Source of the DNA: Candidatus Poribacteria bacterium | Lineage (GTDB): Bacteria; Poribacteria; WGA-4E; WGA-3G | Assembly (NCBI GenBank): GCA_965198235.1 | Contig: OZ240248.1 | Coordinates: forward strand, 3,936,001 to 4,000,000 | Length of the DNA stretch: 64,000 nt | Reading direction: 5' to 3' | Part shown: piece after piece, positions 50,336-60,041 of the stretch | Layout: each line of letters starts with the position of its first letter | Position numbering within the stretch: the first letter of the stretch is position 1 | Program-made: the position numbers and the translations under genes | Notes under the pieces: model-generated | What the model was told of the DNA's origin: nothing | Databases searched by the model: none | Seen by the model: only the letters and a program-made list of their open reading frames with translations

Positions 50336-50505
50336 GGTGTTCGTAGCACAAACTAAATGAAGTTTCAGTATTTAATTCGGTAATTTCTGAACGTGCGATA
50401 AATCGCACTACTACGAACCAATCCGTTTGTAGTAGGGAAACCATTTATGGTCTCCTGTCGATTACCGAATTATTTTTTTATCTTCATACAGTTTATGCTA
50501 CAACG
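50336..50505. repeat. Mosaic of GTAG-type REPs
   Basis: GTTCGTAG..., GTGCGATAAATCGCAC-TACTAC, GTAGTAGGGAAACCATTTATGGTCTCC, and ACAGTTTATGCTACAA (also near 35623). Confidence 0.55.
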
Positions 50506-50533
50506 TCCTTTATGAAATTCACTTTATAGCACA

Positions 50534-51781
50534 TCACGGGGATAGCAGGACCGCTAATTGCTCAAGGATGTCCTGTCCCTCTTCGGTTTTCAGAAATTCC
50601 TCTCCGAGGTGTGCTTCAAGTTGGGACTGTAGTTGTTCCCTAATTTGATTTTTCACTTGTGGGATTGCTTGTTTGAGTATATCCATCCCCATTGGGGTCT
50701 TGAGGATGCCTCTTCCAAGTTGTGCTTCAAGTTGCATGTGAATCTCATTTTCCAAGGCACTCAGCAGTTTTGGCACGAATTTTTTGAAGACTAATTCTTC
50801 AATGGCTTGTTTGAGTCGCTCTCTACCTTCTTGGGTCTTGAGAAACGCGTCTCCGTGTTGTTTGTGTAAGTCACGCACAACGTCAGCGAGCGCGGAGACC
50901 CCCATTTTATTACTATTATAGATGTCTCTTTGCGGACCGTTACGATAGAGTTTTCCACTGAGACTTAGGTTGAGACGATGGTGTTCACAACGAACGATAG
51001 GTATCATACCCCCTTCCTGTGTCCACAGCATTTGTTGATCGTCTTTCTCAGAGGGTCGAATCTCATAGAGATAACTGCACGGCAGTGTTGGGTCCGACGC
51101 ATCCTCGGTGAGAACCCCGGGGGTTCCTGCTGTTGGATCCGCTGGGCAGAGGAGCACTTCCGTCTCCAAATATTGTGGGGAAAGCTCGGAAAGCCATTGT
51201 GGATCTGTATCCGCATTCAAAGCTCGATAGTCCTCACGGGCTCGTTTTATCTGCCTCAAATTTTCTCTACATATCCCAATCCCTTTGGAATCCTCAGAAT
51301 TTTGCTGCGCTGAAAGTGAGGCTAATTCATAAGGATAGACATCTGCTAAGAGGCACCGGTTTAGGCGAACCAACGCTTCCCCACCTTGTGGGTTTTCTGC
51401 GATGAGTGCTTGCGTTTGTTCACCGAGTTCAATATTGGCGAACAGTTGCGCATCATAGAGAGACTCAGCTTGAAGCAATTGATTTAGGTCTGAAAGCAAT
51501 ACTTCCTGCTGCTGAGCGGATGGTGTGCTTGCCCCATCGTATCCAACTAATATCCACTGCATATCTTCGGACAATTGCGACGCAATAAATTTGGACACCG
51601 GCGCACGCGTATCTTGGAGTTTCACGACCAGACTGCCGGGGTCTTTCACCGCATCCATGTCAAAGAGAAACTGATCTGTGCCTGCCTGCAGCGGTAGTTG
51701 CAAACCTATGACCGTCACTAAAGTTGCGATCAGAAGTGTTAGGGAATTGCGAATCTTGCCTCGTAAAATTATGCTTTTCAT
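50534..51781 (-). CDS. Secreted multidomain hypothetical protein with an internal pilin/DUF1559-like segment and C-terminal helical repeats
   Basis: AAGGAG RBS, signal peptide; CRENLRQI..WLSEL..LLCPAD..CSYLYE..VRCEHH; repeats G.(F/I)LKT..G...L.Q. Confidence 0.62.
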   Translation of the reverse strand: MKSIILRGKIRNSLTLLIATLVTVIGLQLPLQAGTDQFLFDMDAVKDPGSLVVKLQDTRAPVSKFIASQLSEDMQWILVGYDGASTPSAQQQEVLLSDLNQLLQAESLYDAQLFANIELGEQTQALIAENPQGGEALVRLNRCLLADVYPYELASLSAQQNSEDSKGIGICRENLRQIKRAREDYRALNADTDPQWLSELSPQYLETEVLLCPADPTAGTPGVLTEDASDPTLPCSYLYEIRPSEKDDQQMLWTQEGGMIPIVRCEHHRLNLSLSGKLYRNGPQRDIYNSNKMGVSALADVVRDLHKQHGDAFLKTQEGRERLKQAIEELVFKKFVPKLLSALENEIHMQLEAQLGRGILKTPMGMDILKQAIPQVKNQIREQLQSQLEAHLGEEFLKTEEGQDILEQLAVLLSP

Positions 51782-51820
51782 TTTTTGAATCTCCTTAGAA
51801 TGTTTGTACATTTCAGTTTT

Positions 51821-54800
51821 TTATTCGGATTCATCAAGCGTGAAACGTAGCACACCCCTGCCAGCAGTGCCGACATAAAGCGTGTTACCATCAACAGCAA
51901 GAGAGCTAACAAGGATTGGAATTTCCGGTGTAACCTGTTGCCACATATTAGCATTGGCTTTCAATTGGTACACCCGTTGCTGGTGTGTCCCATAGACAGT
52001 TGTGTCGTCTACCGCTAACTTTTCTATGATAAGCGGTATACCTTCTGCATCGGTTGTCGCCTGCCAATCGGTGCCATCATTTGAAGATGCGATCCCTTTA
52101 TCGGTTGCGACATAAACGGTTGATCCGGCAAAAGCGATTGCATTGAAGGATGTAACAGAGAACGGAAGTGATGTGGTGACATCGTTCCAAGTGTCTCCTT
52201 CATCGAAGGATTGGAAAAGATGTCCATCGCTTTTACCAACATAGACGGTCTTCCCTAAAACGGCGAGTTTCAAACGGAAGTCAGCAAGATCGTTAGCCTC
52301 GTCCAATGCAAGAGCGAACTCATCTGCATTGACGATCCCAGTATCAAACCACTGAGTTGTTCCGGGTTTCCATCTGAAGAGTTTATGTTCAAATTCCATA
52401 TAGTAAGCAGTATCGCTGACAGCGAAACTTCCGAAAAATCCCCCAAGAAGTTTAACTATGCTTTTCTCAACGACCTGACTATATGCCTCACTGACTCTAT
52501 CTACATCCACATTTTTAAAGTTAATCACATCTTCAAGACTCAGTTTTTTATCCGCTTCAATGTTTTCCTGATCTTCGTTTTGACCTGTTGCTAAAAGATC
52601 CCTTTCCATTTCTTCACGAACTGCTGCTAAAAGGTCCTCTTTCATCTCTTCACTCATCGACTCGTTAGAGTCTTTCCCGTCCAAAATCGGCATTCCGGGG
52701 ACAGGAATTAACCTATTGTCTTCATCAGAGAGTTGGAAAAGTTGAGGTGGTATTTCTTTGATTCCTCTGGTATAGAGCGTATTGTTGAATCCCAGAATCG
52801 CCGTAAGGTTCAGGGTGTCCCCTAAAACTGGGCTCCAGGATTCGCCACGATCAGATGAGACCACAAGTGTCTGTCCCATGTTGGCGTAGAGTTTGTTAGG
52901 TGTAGCGACTAAATCCATTACCCCCGTCTTTACCAACCCCGTGTTAAATGGGTGCCATGTTTCACCCGCATCGGTTGTCCGATAAATCCCAAACAGTCCG
53001 CTTTTGTAGAGGGTATTCGTGGTGGAAATATATCCCATATCTGAAGTGAAGATATTCATAGTGGACATATATCCTATATCTGAAATGTCTGAACCCAAGT
53101 TAACCCAAGTTTCACCTGAATCATTTGAGTAATAACTTTTTCCACCATTTAGGACCCAAAGATTTTCTTGCGCTGCGACGATTTTGGTGTCCGAGATAGG
53201 TTTTGTTCCTGAATTGCTAACTTGCCCCGAGATTGTGAAACCGAAACCATCTCCTTGCGAAGGCTCTGTCTCTACAATAAAGTCTAATGCCTGCCACGAG
53301 TCTCCTAAATCCGTTGAGCGATAGAGGGACAGAGGTGTTCCGAGTTTCATTTGCATTGAGGCGGTTGGTGAAATTTCCTGTGATATAACCTCAGTGCCTA
53401 CGGCAACATAGAGTTGGTGTTCAGCATTTTCCAATGCCCGGATATTCTCAGATTCTCCTACCGGCAGTTGTTCCCAACCTTCCGGATTGCGACGATAGAG
53501 TCCAGCATCCGTTCCGACAAACAGCGTGTTTTCAACAGCAGTGATCGCACGAATCTTTTTATCACTTATGCCATCGTTCAGAGATGTCCAGGATTTCCCA
53601 GCATCTGTAGACTGGAATACACCATCAGCGAGTGCCAGGTACATTATAATATTGGCTTGCGTCCCATCTGTTATGACGAGGTCAATCAACTGTCCTTCTG
53701 GACGTGTTCCCAACGAATTCCATGTTTCGCCTCTATCTGCGGAAGCAAGTACTTCGGTATCGGAGACGATATAGAGGGTATCTCCGTGTTCTGTGATTTG
53801 CCACGATCCCTGAATAGGAATGTTGGGCGTGATGGAGCGCCATGCGTTTCCATCGTCTGTCAACGTGTAAAGATCTGTGCCTGCGCCAGCGTAGAGATTG
53901 CCGTTCGCTGCGATGAACAGACTCTGGACGCTACCGCCTACGGGTCCCTTTGTCTGGGCCCACTGTGGTTTTGGGGTTGCAACCTGTGTGTTGTCAACGG
54001 GGAGTGTAGCAAAAAGGGATTCGTCGGATTGTTGGCCTGATCCCGGACCTTTGCCCGGGGTAACTGAACTGCCGGGTTGATACCGAACTGCGGGTTTTGC
54101 GGGTGAGTCCAAGACGAAGACCGCATCGATAATCTCGACCGTCGGTTCTGAGGTAGCGTCGAAACTGTAGGGTTTCTGAAAACGAGAGAGGTATTGCGTG
54201 CCAACACCCATCAACAGGAAGATCAGGACAGCAGAGGCAGCGGAAACCGCCAAGGGTGCCACCGGTTTACTCACTACAGGTGGGACGGGAGCCAGACGCG
54301 AAACTTCCTGCATGATGTTCTCAGCTAAGTTATCAGGGAGTTGGAAGCTACCAAGGTTCTGCTGAATTACGTCTTCCTCTTTGCGCAAACGGTTACGGGC
54401 GCGGCTGAGTCGGCTTTTGACGGTATTCTGAGAGACACCGAGAAACTCGGAAATGGCTTTGATTGTCATCTCGCCGAGGTAATGAAGCGTCATCACTGTT
54501 CTCTCACTTTCCGGTAATTTTTTGAGCAGTTCCTTGACGACTTCACGGCGCGTTTCATCGGCTTCGGCTGCCTGTTTTTCTGCTACGTATTGAGAATATG
54601 ACACTTTGTCCACCTCATTCGTATTGTCAGCATCTAAGGATTCCATTGGCAGGCGACTCTTTTTGAGCCAGTCGCGACACAGGTTTGCCGCGATAACGTA
54701 GAGCCATCCTGCAAATTGGCTATGGTTTTTCAAGGTTCTGAGTTTCCGATACGCAGTGAGAAACGCGTCTTGCGTAATTTCTTGGGCAATATGAAAATCG

Positions 54801-54919
54801 CCGATCTTCCGCCATGCTAAGGCGTGTACCCCTTTCTGATATTTTTTCACCAAGGGACTGAATGCGTCCTGATCGCCCTGTAATATACGCTGGATGAGTT
54901 CAGCATCGGTGTGTGTCAT
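51821..54919 (-). CDS. ECF sigma-70 factor fused via a TM helix to an extracytoplasmic BNR/VPS10-like beta-propeller
   Basis: DAELIQRILQGDQDAF, AQEITQDAFL, FAGWL, TVKSRLSRAR; TM AVSAASAVLIFLLMGVG; repeated S/T.D.G.(T/S)W. Confidence 0.88.
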   Translation of the reverse strand: MTHTDAELIQRILQGDQDAFSPLVKKYQKGVHALAWRKIGDFHIAQEITQDAFLTAYRKLRTLKNHSQFAGWLYVIAANLCRDWLKKSRLPMESLDADNTNEVDKVSYSQYVAEKQAAEADETRREVVKELLKKLPESERTVMTLHYLGEMTIKAISEFLGVSQNTVKSRLSRARNRLRKEEDVIQQNLGSFQLPDNLAENIMQEVSRLAPVPPVVSKPVAPLAVSAASAVLIFLLMGVGTQYLSRFQKPYSFDATSEPTVEIIDAVFVLDSPAKPAVRYQPGSSVTPGKGPGSGQQSDESLFATLPVDNTQVATPKPQWAQTKGPVGGSVQSLFIAANGNLYAGAGTDLYTLTDDGNAWRSITPNIPIQGSWQITEHGDTLYIVSDTEVLASADRGETWNSLGTRPEGQLIDLVITDGTQANIIMYLALADGVFQSTDAGKSWTSLNDGISDKKIRAITAVENTLFVGTDAGLYRRNPEGWEQLPVGESENIRALENAEHQLYVAVGTEVISQEISPTASMQMKLGTPLSLYRSTDLGDSWQALDFIVETEPSQGDGFGFTISGQVSNSGTKPISDTKIVAAQENLWVLNGGKSYYSNDSGETWVNLGSDISDIGYMSTMNIFTSDMGYISTTNTLYKSGLFGIYRTTDAGETWHPFNTGLVKTGVMDLVATPNKLYANMGQTLVVSSDRGESWSPVLGDTLNLTAILGFNNTLYTRGIKEIPPQLFQLSDEDNRLIPVPGMPILDGKDSNESMSEEMKEDLLAAVREEMERDLLATGQNEDQENIEADKKLSLEDVINFKNVDVDRVSEAYSQVVEKSIVKLLGGFFGSFAVSDTAYYMEFEHKLFRWKPGTTQWFDTGIVNADEFALALDEANDLADFRLKLAVLGKTVYVGKSDGHLFQSFDEGDTWNDVTTSLPFSVTSFNAIAFAGSTVYVATDKGIASSNDGTDWQATTDAEGIPLIIEKLAVDDTTVYGTHQQRVYQLKANANMWQQVTPEIPILVSSLAVDGNTLYVGTAGRGVLRFTLDESE

Positions 54920-54988
54920 CGAAAATCTCCTCCGGAACTATTGCCCCTTTGATAGAAGTGACGTAACCTTAAGCAATCGATTGCTGTG

Positions 54989-55207
54989 TTATTTTATCAA
55001 TAAGATAAACTTTGGACCTGTTTCCTGAATCTCACGCCTCCGTAACGAGTAAGCAGTGGAATAGGATTCTAATTCGTTTATACAGCGAATATATGCCTGA
55101 GAAGTCGGGACAGGATATGGTAGCGTCTCAACATCGCCGAACGCGAGGTAAGCGATGCCAAATAGTAGCAAACAAACAAGGAATAGGTTAATCATCATAA
55201 AGCGCAT
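54989..55207 (-). CDS. Short exported peptide or truncated secreted protein
   Basis: AAGGAG RBS, signal peptide MRFMMINLFLVCLLLFGIAYLAFG, only 72 aa. Confidence 0.4.
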   Translation of the reverse strand: MRFMMINLFLVCLLLFGIAYLAFGDVETLPYPVPTSQAYIRCINELESYSTAYSLRRREIQETGPKFILLIK

Positions 55208-55284
55208 GGTTTTCTCCTTCAAAGTGGAAGTTCCGTTAAGTTTGCCAGGGACAACATGGCTATAATTTAACATCTAATGATTAG

Positions 55285-55322
55285 GGTGACGACACTTAGG
55301 TACCGAAAGGTTGCATTATTTT
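55285..55322 (-). promoter_or_regulatory. Putative ECF-sigma promoter upstream of the sigma-propeller locus
   Basis: TGCAAC-18 nt-CGTC; matches 34972-35009. Confidence 0.65.
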
Positions 55323-55518
55323 CAAAAAGAGATTGTGATTGCAGATCTCAGAAAAAAGATGGCATAATTGCATTTTTCTTTTATACTTCTTGAAATATAT
55401 GTTATACTTTAATAATATACAGACTTTTGGCGCAACTTGCTGGTTTACATGAAGATTAAAAAAATGAATTAGGTAATTGTTTGTGTGAATCACGACATGC
55501 TCAACTGGGAGGCATAGC

Positions 55519-56337
55519 ATGGAACACCATATAACTGATGAACAGTGGGAACATTTTTCGGAAAACGGCTATGTGCGCATCGGACAAGTCGCCACGGATG
55601 CCGAACTCGCGAAACTGCAGGAGCGGATGGATGACATCATGCTCGGCAAAGCACCGCTGGATTATGACCAAATCATGATGCAACTGGATCGGGCACCCGG
55701 AAAAGACTCGCCGGGACCGCAGTCTAAGGGACACAAAGGTGCCACGTTGTTGTATCGGAAAATTCAGAACCTTGAACTCGATCCGATTTTTTTGGAGTAT
55801 CTCCAGAAACAGGTTTTCCAAGAGATTTGTACGAAAATCTATGGGGATGGGACCCCTGTTGCCTGTTTTCGGGCAATGTTTATGAATAAACCCGCACATG
55901 AGGGTACTCGACTTACATGGCATCAAGACAGATGGAGGGATCTCAACCAGGACCCACAGATTACGATTTATACCGCTCTGGATCCAGCAATGATTGAGAA
56001 CGGCTGTGTACATATCATTCCGAAGTCGCATAGCAGGCTCATCAACCCTTCAAACGGATCCGGTTTTCTCACACAGGAACACATTGACGACATCGTTGCG
56101 AACGCTACACCACTCCCGATGGAGTTGAAGGCTGGAGAAGTCGTCTTACTCCACAATTGGATGCTACACAGTTCCGGGACGAACGATACGGATATTCCGC
56201 GGCGTGCGTTCAGCGTCTGCTACATGCATGGCGAGACGAAATCGCATCACGGGCATGCCTTTACGCGGGTGTTCGGCGATGGTGCGATCAGTGTCACCGA
56301 TTTATCGAAGTTTAAGTATGAAAGCCCGATCGTTTAG
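55519..56337 (+). CDS. PhyH family dioxygenase
   Basis: MFMNKP, WHQD, NGCVHIIPKSH, LHSSG. Confidence 0.88.
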   Translation: MEHHITDEQWEHFSENGYVRIGQVATDAELAKLQERMDDIMLGKAPLDYDQIMMQLDRAPGKDSPGPQSKGHKGATLLYRKIQNLELDPIFLEYLQKQVFQEICTKIYGDGTPVACFRAMFMNKPAHEGTRLTWHQDRWRDLNQDPQITIYTALDPAMIENGCVHIIPKSHSRLINPSNGSGFLTQEHIDDIVANATPLPMELKAGEVVLLHNWMLHSSGTNDTDIPRRAFSVCYMHGETKSHHGHAFTRVFGDGAISVTDLSKFKYESPIV

Positions 56338-56379
56338 GTTTGGGAGCAGCCAAAATAGAAGAACAACAAGGAGAAAAAT

Positions 56380-57384
56380 ATGGCGAAGATTCGACTTGCC
56401 ATGATTGGGTGTGGCGGAAACTCCTCAGGTCACGCCAGACGAATGGATGCTAATCCTGACGTGCAAATCGTCGGCACCTGCGATGTGAACACTGACATCG
56501 CTAACGGTTATATCGACCGAAACCTGTCTGATCTGAGTCCGCGTCCCGGTGCTTATGACGACATCAGCAAATTGCTCGCAGAGACGACACCGGATGCCGT
56601 GGTCATCTCTACACCACACACACTCCACTTTGAGCAGGGCATGCAGGCACTTGAAGCGGGATGTCACGTCTTGATGGAAAAGCCGATGGTGACAGCATCT
56701 AAAGATGCCTATACCATCGCAGAAAAGGTGAAAGAGACCGGACTCACCCTAACCATCGGCTACAATACGCCATGCACATCCAATTTCTATTACACCCGCG
56801 AAATTGTTCGTAGTGGGGAATTCGGTAAGCTGGAATTGGTCATTGGCTATATTACGCAAGGCTGGAAAGGTGGCACAACGGGAACGTGGCGGCAGAACCC
56901 GAAACTTTCTGGTGGTGGACAAGCTTACGATAGTGGCGCACATCTCCTGAACAGTCTCTGCTGGGCGGTCGAATCGAAAGTCGCCGAAGTCTATGCCTAT
57001 ACAGATAACCAAGATCGAGACGTTGACATCAACTCCTCGATTAACGTCAAGTTTGAAAGCGGTGTTCTCGCTGCGATGGCGGTGAGCGGCAATTGCCCAA
57101 GCCCCGGCGGTACACACATGGCATTGGTTTTTGAGAACGGCAGGATTGAGGTTGACGGCTGGGGTGGCGGTTGGATTCGCGTCTGGGAAGGTGGAGAAGC
57201 GTTGGATCCACCTCCAATTACAGACGACATGTCCGCTGGCACGCCTGATGACAACTTCATTGACGCTGTTCTCGGTAGGGCGGAACCCCGTACCAATCCG
57301 ATGAATGGGATTATCCAATCTGAATTGATGGATCTCATCTACGAATCTGCGGAAACAGGAGTCCCGGCGCGTCCTGAACGCTAA
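56380..57384 (+). CDS. Gfo/Idh/MocA family oxidoreductase
   Basis: MIGCGG, DAVVISTPHTLH, HVLMEKPM, GGGQAYDSGAH. Confidence 0.9.
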   Translation: MAKIRLAMIGCGGNSSGHARRMDANPDVQIVGTCDVNTDIANGYIDRNLSDLSPRPGAYDDISKLLAETTPDAVVISTPHTLHFEQGMQALEAGCHVLMEKPMVTASKDAYTIAEKVKETGLTLTIGYNTPCTSNFYYTREIVRSGEFGKLELVIGYITQGWKGGTTGTWRQNPKLSGGGQAYDSGAHLLNSLCWAVESKVAEVYAYTDNQDRDVDINSSINVKFESGVLAAMAVSGNCPSPGGTHMALVFENGRIEVDGWGGGWIRVWEGGEALDPPPITDDMSAGTPDDNFIDAVLGRAEPRTNPMNGIIQSELMDLIYESAETGVPARPER

Positions 57385-57432
57385 GGTAACATCAGTTCGG
57401 AAAAACATTTCGCACCACTAAGATTCGCAATG

Positions 57433-57463
57433 CCCCCCTGATAAGGGGGGTTAGGGGGGTTAA
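57433..57463. repeat. CCCCCCTGATAAGGGGGG-TTAGGGGGG palindromic repeat (uninterrupted relative of the one inside the MITE at 39562)
   Basis: Direct comparison with 39562-39576 + 39678-39690. Confidence 0.7.
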
Positions 57464-57596
57464 TCTCGCACCTGATAAGCTGAATAGTGCTGTAGATAAC
57501 ATATTTCTACATTATTATAGAACTCACGTTAAGGTAGTTAATCCTTCTGAAATGGATTTGCAGGCAGGTTGTAGGCGCGGTTTTCTAACCGCGCTT

Positions 57597-58766
57597 TTAC
57601 GCTAACGTCGCACCTTCAGGACGCGGTGCTACTGGTCGGATAGGCATCTTTTGGTAGGAGCGATATGCGAGTTCTGCTAAATGCGGTGTCTCAATTCGGA
57701 CGTGCCCTTCCGCCCGCGAGTGCATGAGTGCATCGAGAACACCTGTCACGAGTAGCGTCCGTTCCACAGGATACTGCGGTTCTCCCGTTACAAACATCTC
57801 TTCAATATTAAGACTCAAATAACTAAAATGGGCATGCGGCGGTCCGTTCTGTAGGTAAAACTCCGTTGCGTAGTGGGTGTCGCCCGCCTTTGCCGCATAA
57901 GCAAAATCAGAGACGTACCCCGTCAGCATCAGCACAGCAGAACGGAACCCGTCCCGATGCTCCAGCAGAAACGCCGTTGGATTAGGGCATCCCTCTATAA
58001 AGGTGGTATCGGGACGATTATCGATCTGTGCACACGCCTTCTCCGCCAAGTCAAGAGACCACTTTCCAGTCTCACCTGCCTCCCAGACTGCATCTCCTTC
58101 CAGACATTGAATTGCCACGATTCCAGACTCGCCGCCTTGTCGACGTTCGATCATACACTGTAGCGTCTCAAGCGAATGAAAACCGTATGACTCTACGCCG
58201 GCATAGCCGATACCGATAGCGGCTTCCAGTTCTGTGTCGAGGGGATGTTCCAAAAAGGGTTTCCGCCAACTCAGGGGGAGCGAGGAGCCTGCCATAAACG
58301 GAACGTCAAGTGCATTTGCACGATTATACATCCAAATCGCGTCGTCCCAATTGTAGGAGAGATGCTTATCGCAGAAAACAGGCACCGACCTGCCACTCGA
58401 TGCAAAGACGCCACAAATCTGTTCAAACATATAGCGGCGCGGGTACATGTGTTGTTCAAATTCGTTATACGGGTAATCACCGTGTTCACCGATCAATAGT
58501 ACACCATCGACAGCCAGTTCACTACCACCGAGCGTCAATGCTTGCCGTATACTCGGGTAGATAGGGACGTTATGCTCGGCTGCTAAACCGACCCCGATGT
58601 CTCGATCATCTACCTGATCCAGATATATGGACACTAATTCCACGCGGGGCATCCGATGACCGGTATCTGTTGGGAACCCCTTCATGTATTTCGTAGCAAT
58701 TACATCTGCATGCGAATACTGAAAATATGTCGTGATGATTGCGGCAATTTTTTTAGGTGCTGGCAT
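57597..58766 (-). CDS. Conserved hypothetical oxidoreductase-like protein
   Basis: SHADVI, ALTLGG..LAVDGVLLIGEHGDYP, VPVFCDKHLS, FMAGSSLP, YPVERTLL; start at MPAPKK after GGAG. Confidence 0.75.
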   Translation of the reverse strand: MPAPKKIAAIITTYFQYSHADVIATKYMKGFPTDTGHRMPRVELVSIYLDQVDDRDIGVGLAAEHNVPIYPSIRQALTLGGSELAVDGVLLIGEHGDYPYNEFEQHMYPRRYMFEQICGVFASSGRSVPVFCDKHLSYNWDDAIWMYNRANALDVPFMAGSSLPLSWRKPFLEHPLDTELEAAIGIGYAGVESYGFHSLETLQCMIERRQGGESGIVAIQCLEGDAVWEAGETGKWSLDLAEKACAQIDNRPDTTFIEGCPNPTAFLLEHRDGFRSAVLMLTGYVSDFAYAAKAGDTHYATEFYLQNGPPHAHFSYLSLNIEEMFVTGEPQYPVERTLLVTGVLDALMHSRAEGHVRIETPHLAELAYRSYQKMPIRPVAPRPEGATLA

Positions 58767-58782
58767 CTTCTTCTCCCGTTGT

Positions 58783-59658
58783 CTATCTAACGATTTCGGT
58801 CCCGATTCCACCCTCTGTGAAAACTTCGAGCAGTAGAGAGTGCGGAATTCTCCCGTCAATAATATGTGTCTTATAAACGCCGCTCATGAGTGCTGTGGTG
58901 CATGCCTCTACCTTCGGAAGCATGCCACCTGCGATGAAACCTTCCTCGATTAATTGGTCCACTTCTCTGATACGAATGGTAGGCATCAGCGACGAAGTAT
59001 CCGATAGATCTCGAAGAATGCCGCGCGTATCCGTCAGAACAATCAACTTCTCTGCTTGGAACGCCGATGCGATTTCACCCGCCATTGTATCGGCATTAAT
59101 ATTATAGGTTTGTCCATCAACACCGACACCAATCGGTGTGATGACAGGGATATAACCTGCTCTGTCGAGTGTGGTAACCGACTCAGTGTTCACACCAATT
59201 ATTTTCCCGACAAATCCCAGGTCAACATCTATTTGTCTGCCGTTTTCGTCGGTAATCTGAGTCTCCTGCTTCTCCGCGAGTATCAGATTCGCGTCTTTTC
59301 CAGACAACCCAATGGCTTTTCCGCCGTGTTGGTTGATCCGAGCCACAATCTCCTTGTTGATTAACCCAAGCACCATCTCAGCGATTTCAACCGTTTCAGC
59401 ATCGGTTACTCGCAACCCCTGTACGAATTCCGGGACTTTCCCAATCTTATCCATCCATGTGGTGATTCTCGGTCCGCCGCCGTGAACTATAATTGGTCGG
59501 ATGCCGACATATTTCATCAGCACAACGTCCTGCATGACGGAATGGATAAGCGTCTCATCCTCCATTGCGGCACCACCATATTTGATAACAATCCGCCGGT
59601 CATAAAAGTGGCGGATATAAGGTAAGGCTTCGATAAGAACTTCAGCAGTTCTGTTCAT
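58783..59658 (-). CDS. argB: Acetylglutamate kinase
   Basis: EALPYI, VIKYGGAAM, VHGGGP, GLRVTD, YNINAD, GGMLPKV, HIIDGR. Confidence 0.96.
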   Translation of the reverse strand: MNRTAEVLIEALPYIRHFYDRRIVIKYGGAAMEDETLIHSVMQDVVLMKYVGIRPIIVHGGGPRITTWMDKIGKVPEFVQGLRVTDAETVEIAEMVLGLINKEIVARINQHGGKAIGLSGKDANLILAEKQETQITDENGRQIDVDLGFVGKIIGVNTESVTTLDRAGYIPVITPIGVGVDGQTYNINADTMAGEIASAFQAEKLIVLTDTRGILRDLSDTSSLMPTIRIREVDQLIEEGFIAGGMLPKVEACTTALMSGVYKTHIIDGRIPHSLLLEVFTEGGIGTEIVR

Positions 59659-59702
59659 GTTGTTAAGTCTCGTTCCCTGTCTTTTTATAAAATAGTGTAT
59701 AA

Positions 59703-59872
59703 TAACCCAAGTTGCTACCTAACGAGCTATAGACGTTTAAAGTAGGAGGGGTTTCCAACCCCGATACCTTTCCTCACCCCGTAGGGGTGCTATGTCTATA
59801 GAAAAACGATTTCTCAGTCCCCCTGCACCCCGTAGGGGTGCTATGTCTATAAAAAGGTGGCAACTTGCGCTA
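59703..59872. mobile_element. MITE-like element with imperfect 18-bp TIRs enclosing REPs
   Basis: TAACCCAAGTTGCTACCT / AGGTGGCAACTTGCGCTA (15/18); internal GTAGGAGGGG REP and two identical 26-mers at 59775-59800 and 59826-59851. Confidence 0.55.
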
Positions 59873-59878
59873 TAATAT

Positions 59879-59907
59879 ATGATACGCAAACCTTCTGGGT
59901 TTGTCAA
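59879..59907 (-). promoter_or_regulatory. Sigma70 promoter for argB
   Basis: Minus strand TTGACA-17 nt-TATCAT. Confidence 0.6.
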
Positions 59908-60041
59908 ATTAAATGTAGTTATAAATTATCAGTTGTCACTTGGTGGACTGTCTGAATTAGGATTTATAAAATTTTGGGATTCACAGGATTTTTGAACCAC
60001 CTTGATTGAGAATAGTCTTTTATAGAAGGAGCACGAACGCG

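Noticed and set aside
59775-59851. Two identical 26-nt hairpin repeats as a CRISPR array
   Set aside because: Only two copies, 25-nt spacer, no cas genes, and they sit inside a TIR-bounded REP cluster
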